From Podarcis pityusensis (Eukaryota): a stretch of 64,000 bases of DNA. Location: the NCBI GenBank assembly GCA_964106645.2, contig OZ067038.1. The stretch is one strand, 5' to 3'. Each line of letters opens with the position of its first letter. Positions within the stretch are counted from its first letter, which is position 1. Under the pieces are notes generated by a model that saw nothing but the letters and a program-made list of their open reading frames with translations, made no database searches and was not told where the DNA came from. Positions 63,748 through 64,000 of this stretch are shown in pieces. A program made the position numbers and the translations under genes.

Positions 63748-64000
63748 GGGTGGGGAACCTCTGGTCTGGGAGCCAAATGTGGCCCTCTAGTTGTCTCAGA
63801 CTTTTGGAACACTCCCCAGACTACACCATTCACTGGCCCTTCTTTGTTCTTTGAGTGTTTTTACTTGGCTGGAATGTGCCTTTGACCTCTGAAAATGCCT
63901 CTTGTTCATCTGCATGACGGATAGAGAGGGGTGTGTGAGTGTGAAACCAGCCTACTGTATGAGGGTAAGCATTAAATTCTTTGCCCTGCCCACTTTAGCC
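63748..64000. mobile_element. Non-autonomous hAT-like element (truncated by window end)
   Basis: GGGGAACC...GGGAGCCAAATGTGGCCCTC...GGCTGGAATGTG collinear with 63004-63319. Confidence 0.55.

Overview
Vertebrate genomic DNA, most likely a lacertid lizard (inferred from Sauria/Squam1, Squam2-like and Squam3-type SINEs). No intact host protein-coding exon can be recognised. The long ORFs in the track either run through N blocks, come from GC-rich or low-complexity DNA, or are retroelement remnants. The window has three parts. (i) 1-39 kb is AT-rich, intron- or intergenic-like DNA with enhancer-like blocks, a Penelope-like element end carrying a minimal hammerhead ribozyme, a degraded CR1, an ancient AmnSINE1 relic, MITEs and an 88-bp tandem hairpin repeat. 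(ii) 39.5-56 kb is a CpG-enriched non-coding domain with several promoter-like sites and splice donors, ending in a strong CpG island at about 55.1-55.9 kb. (iii) 57-64 kb is dense in transposable elements. Eight N blocks of 140-332 nt mostly sit in unique, regulatory-looking flanks, and some abut splice signals, so they may hide the most conserved parts of the locus (exons, ultraconserved elements or a miRNA). The host gene could not be named. Repeat family assignments rest on recalled consensus sequences and should be confirmed with Dfam or Repbase.
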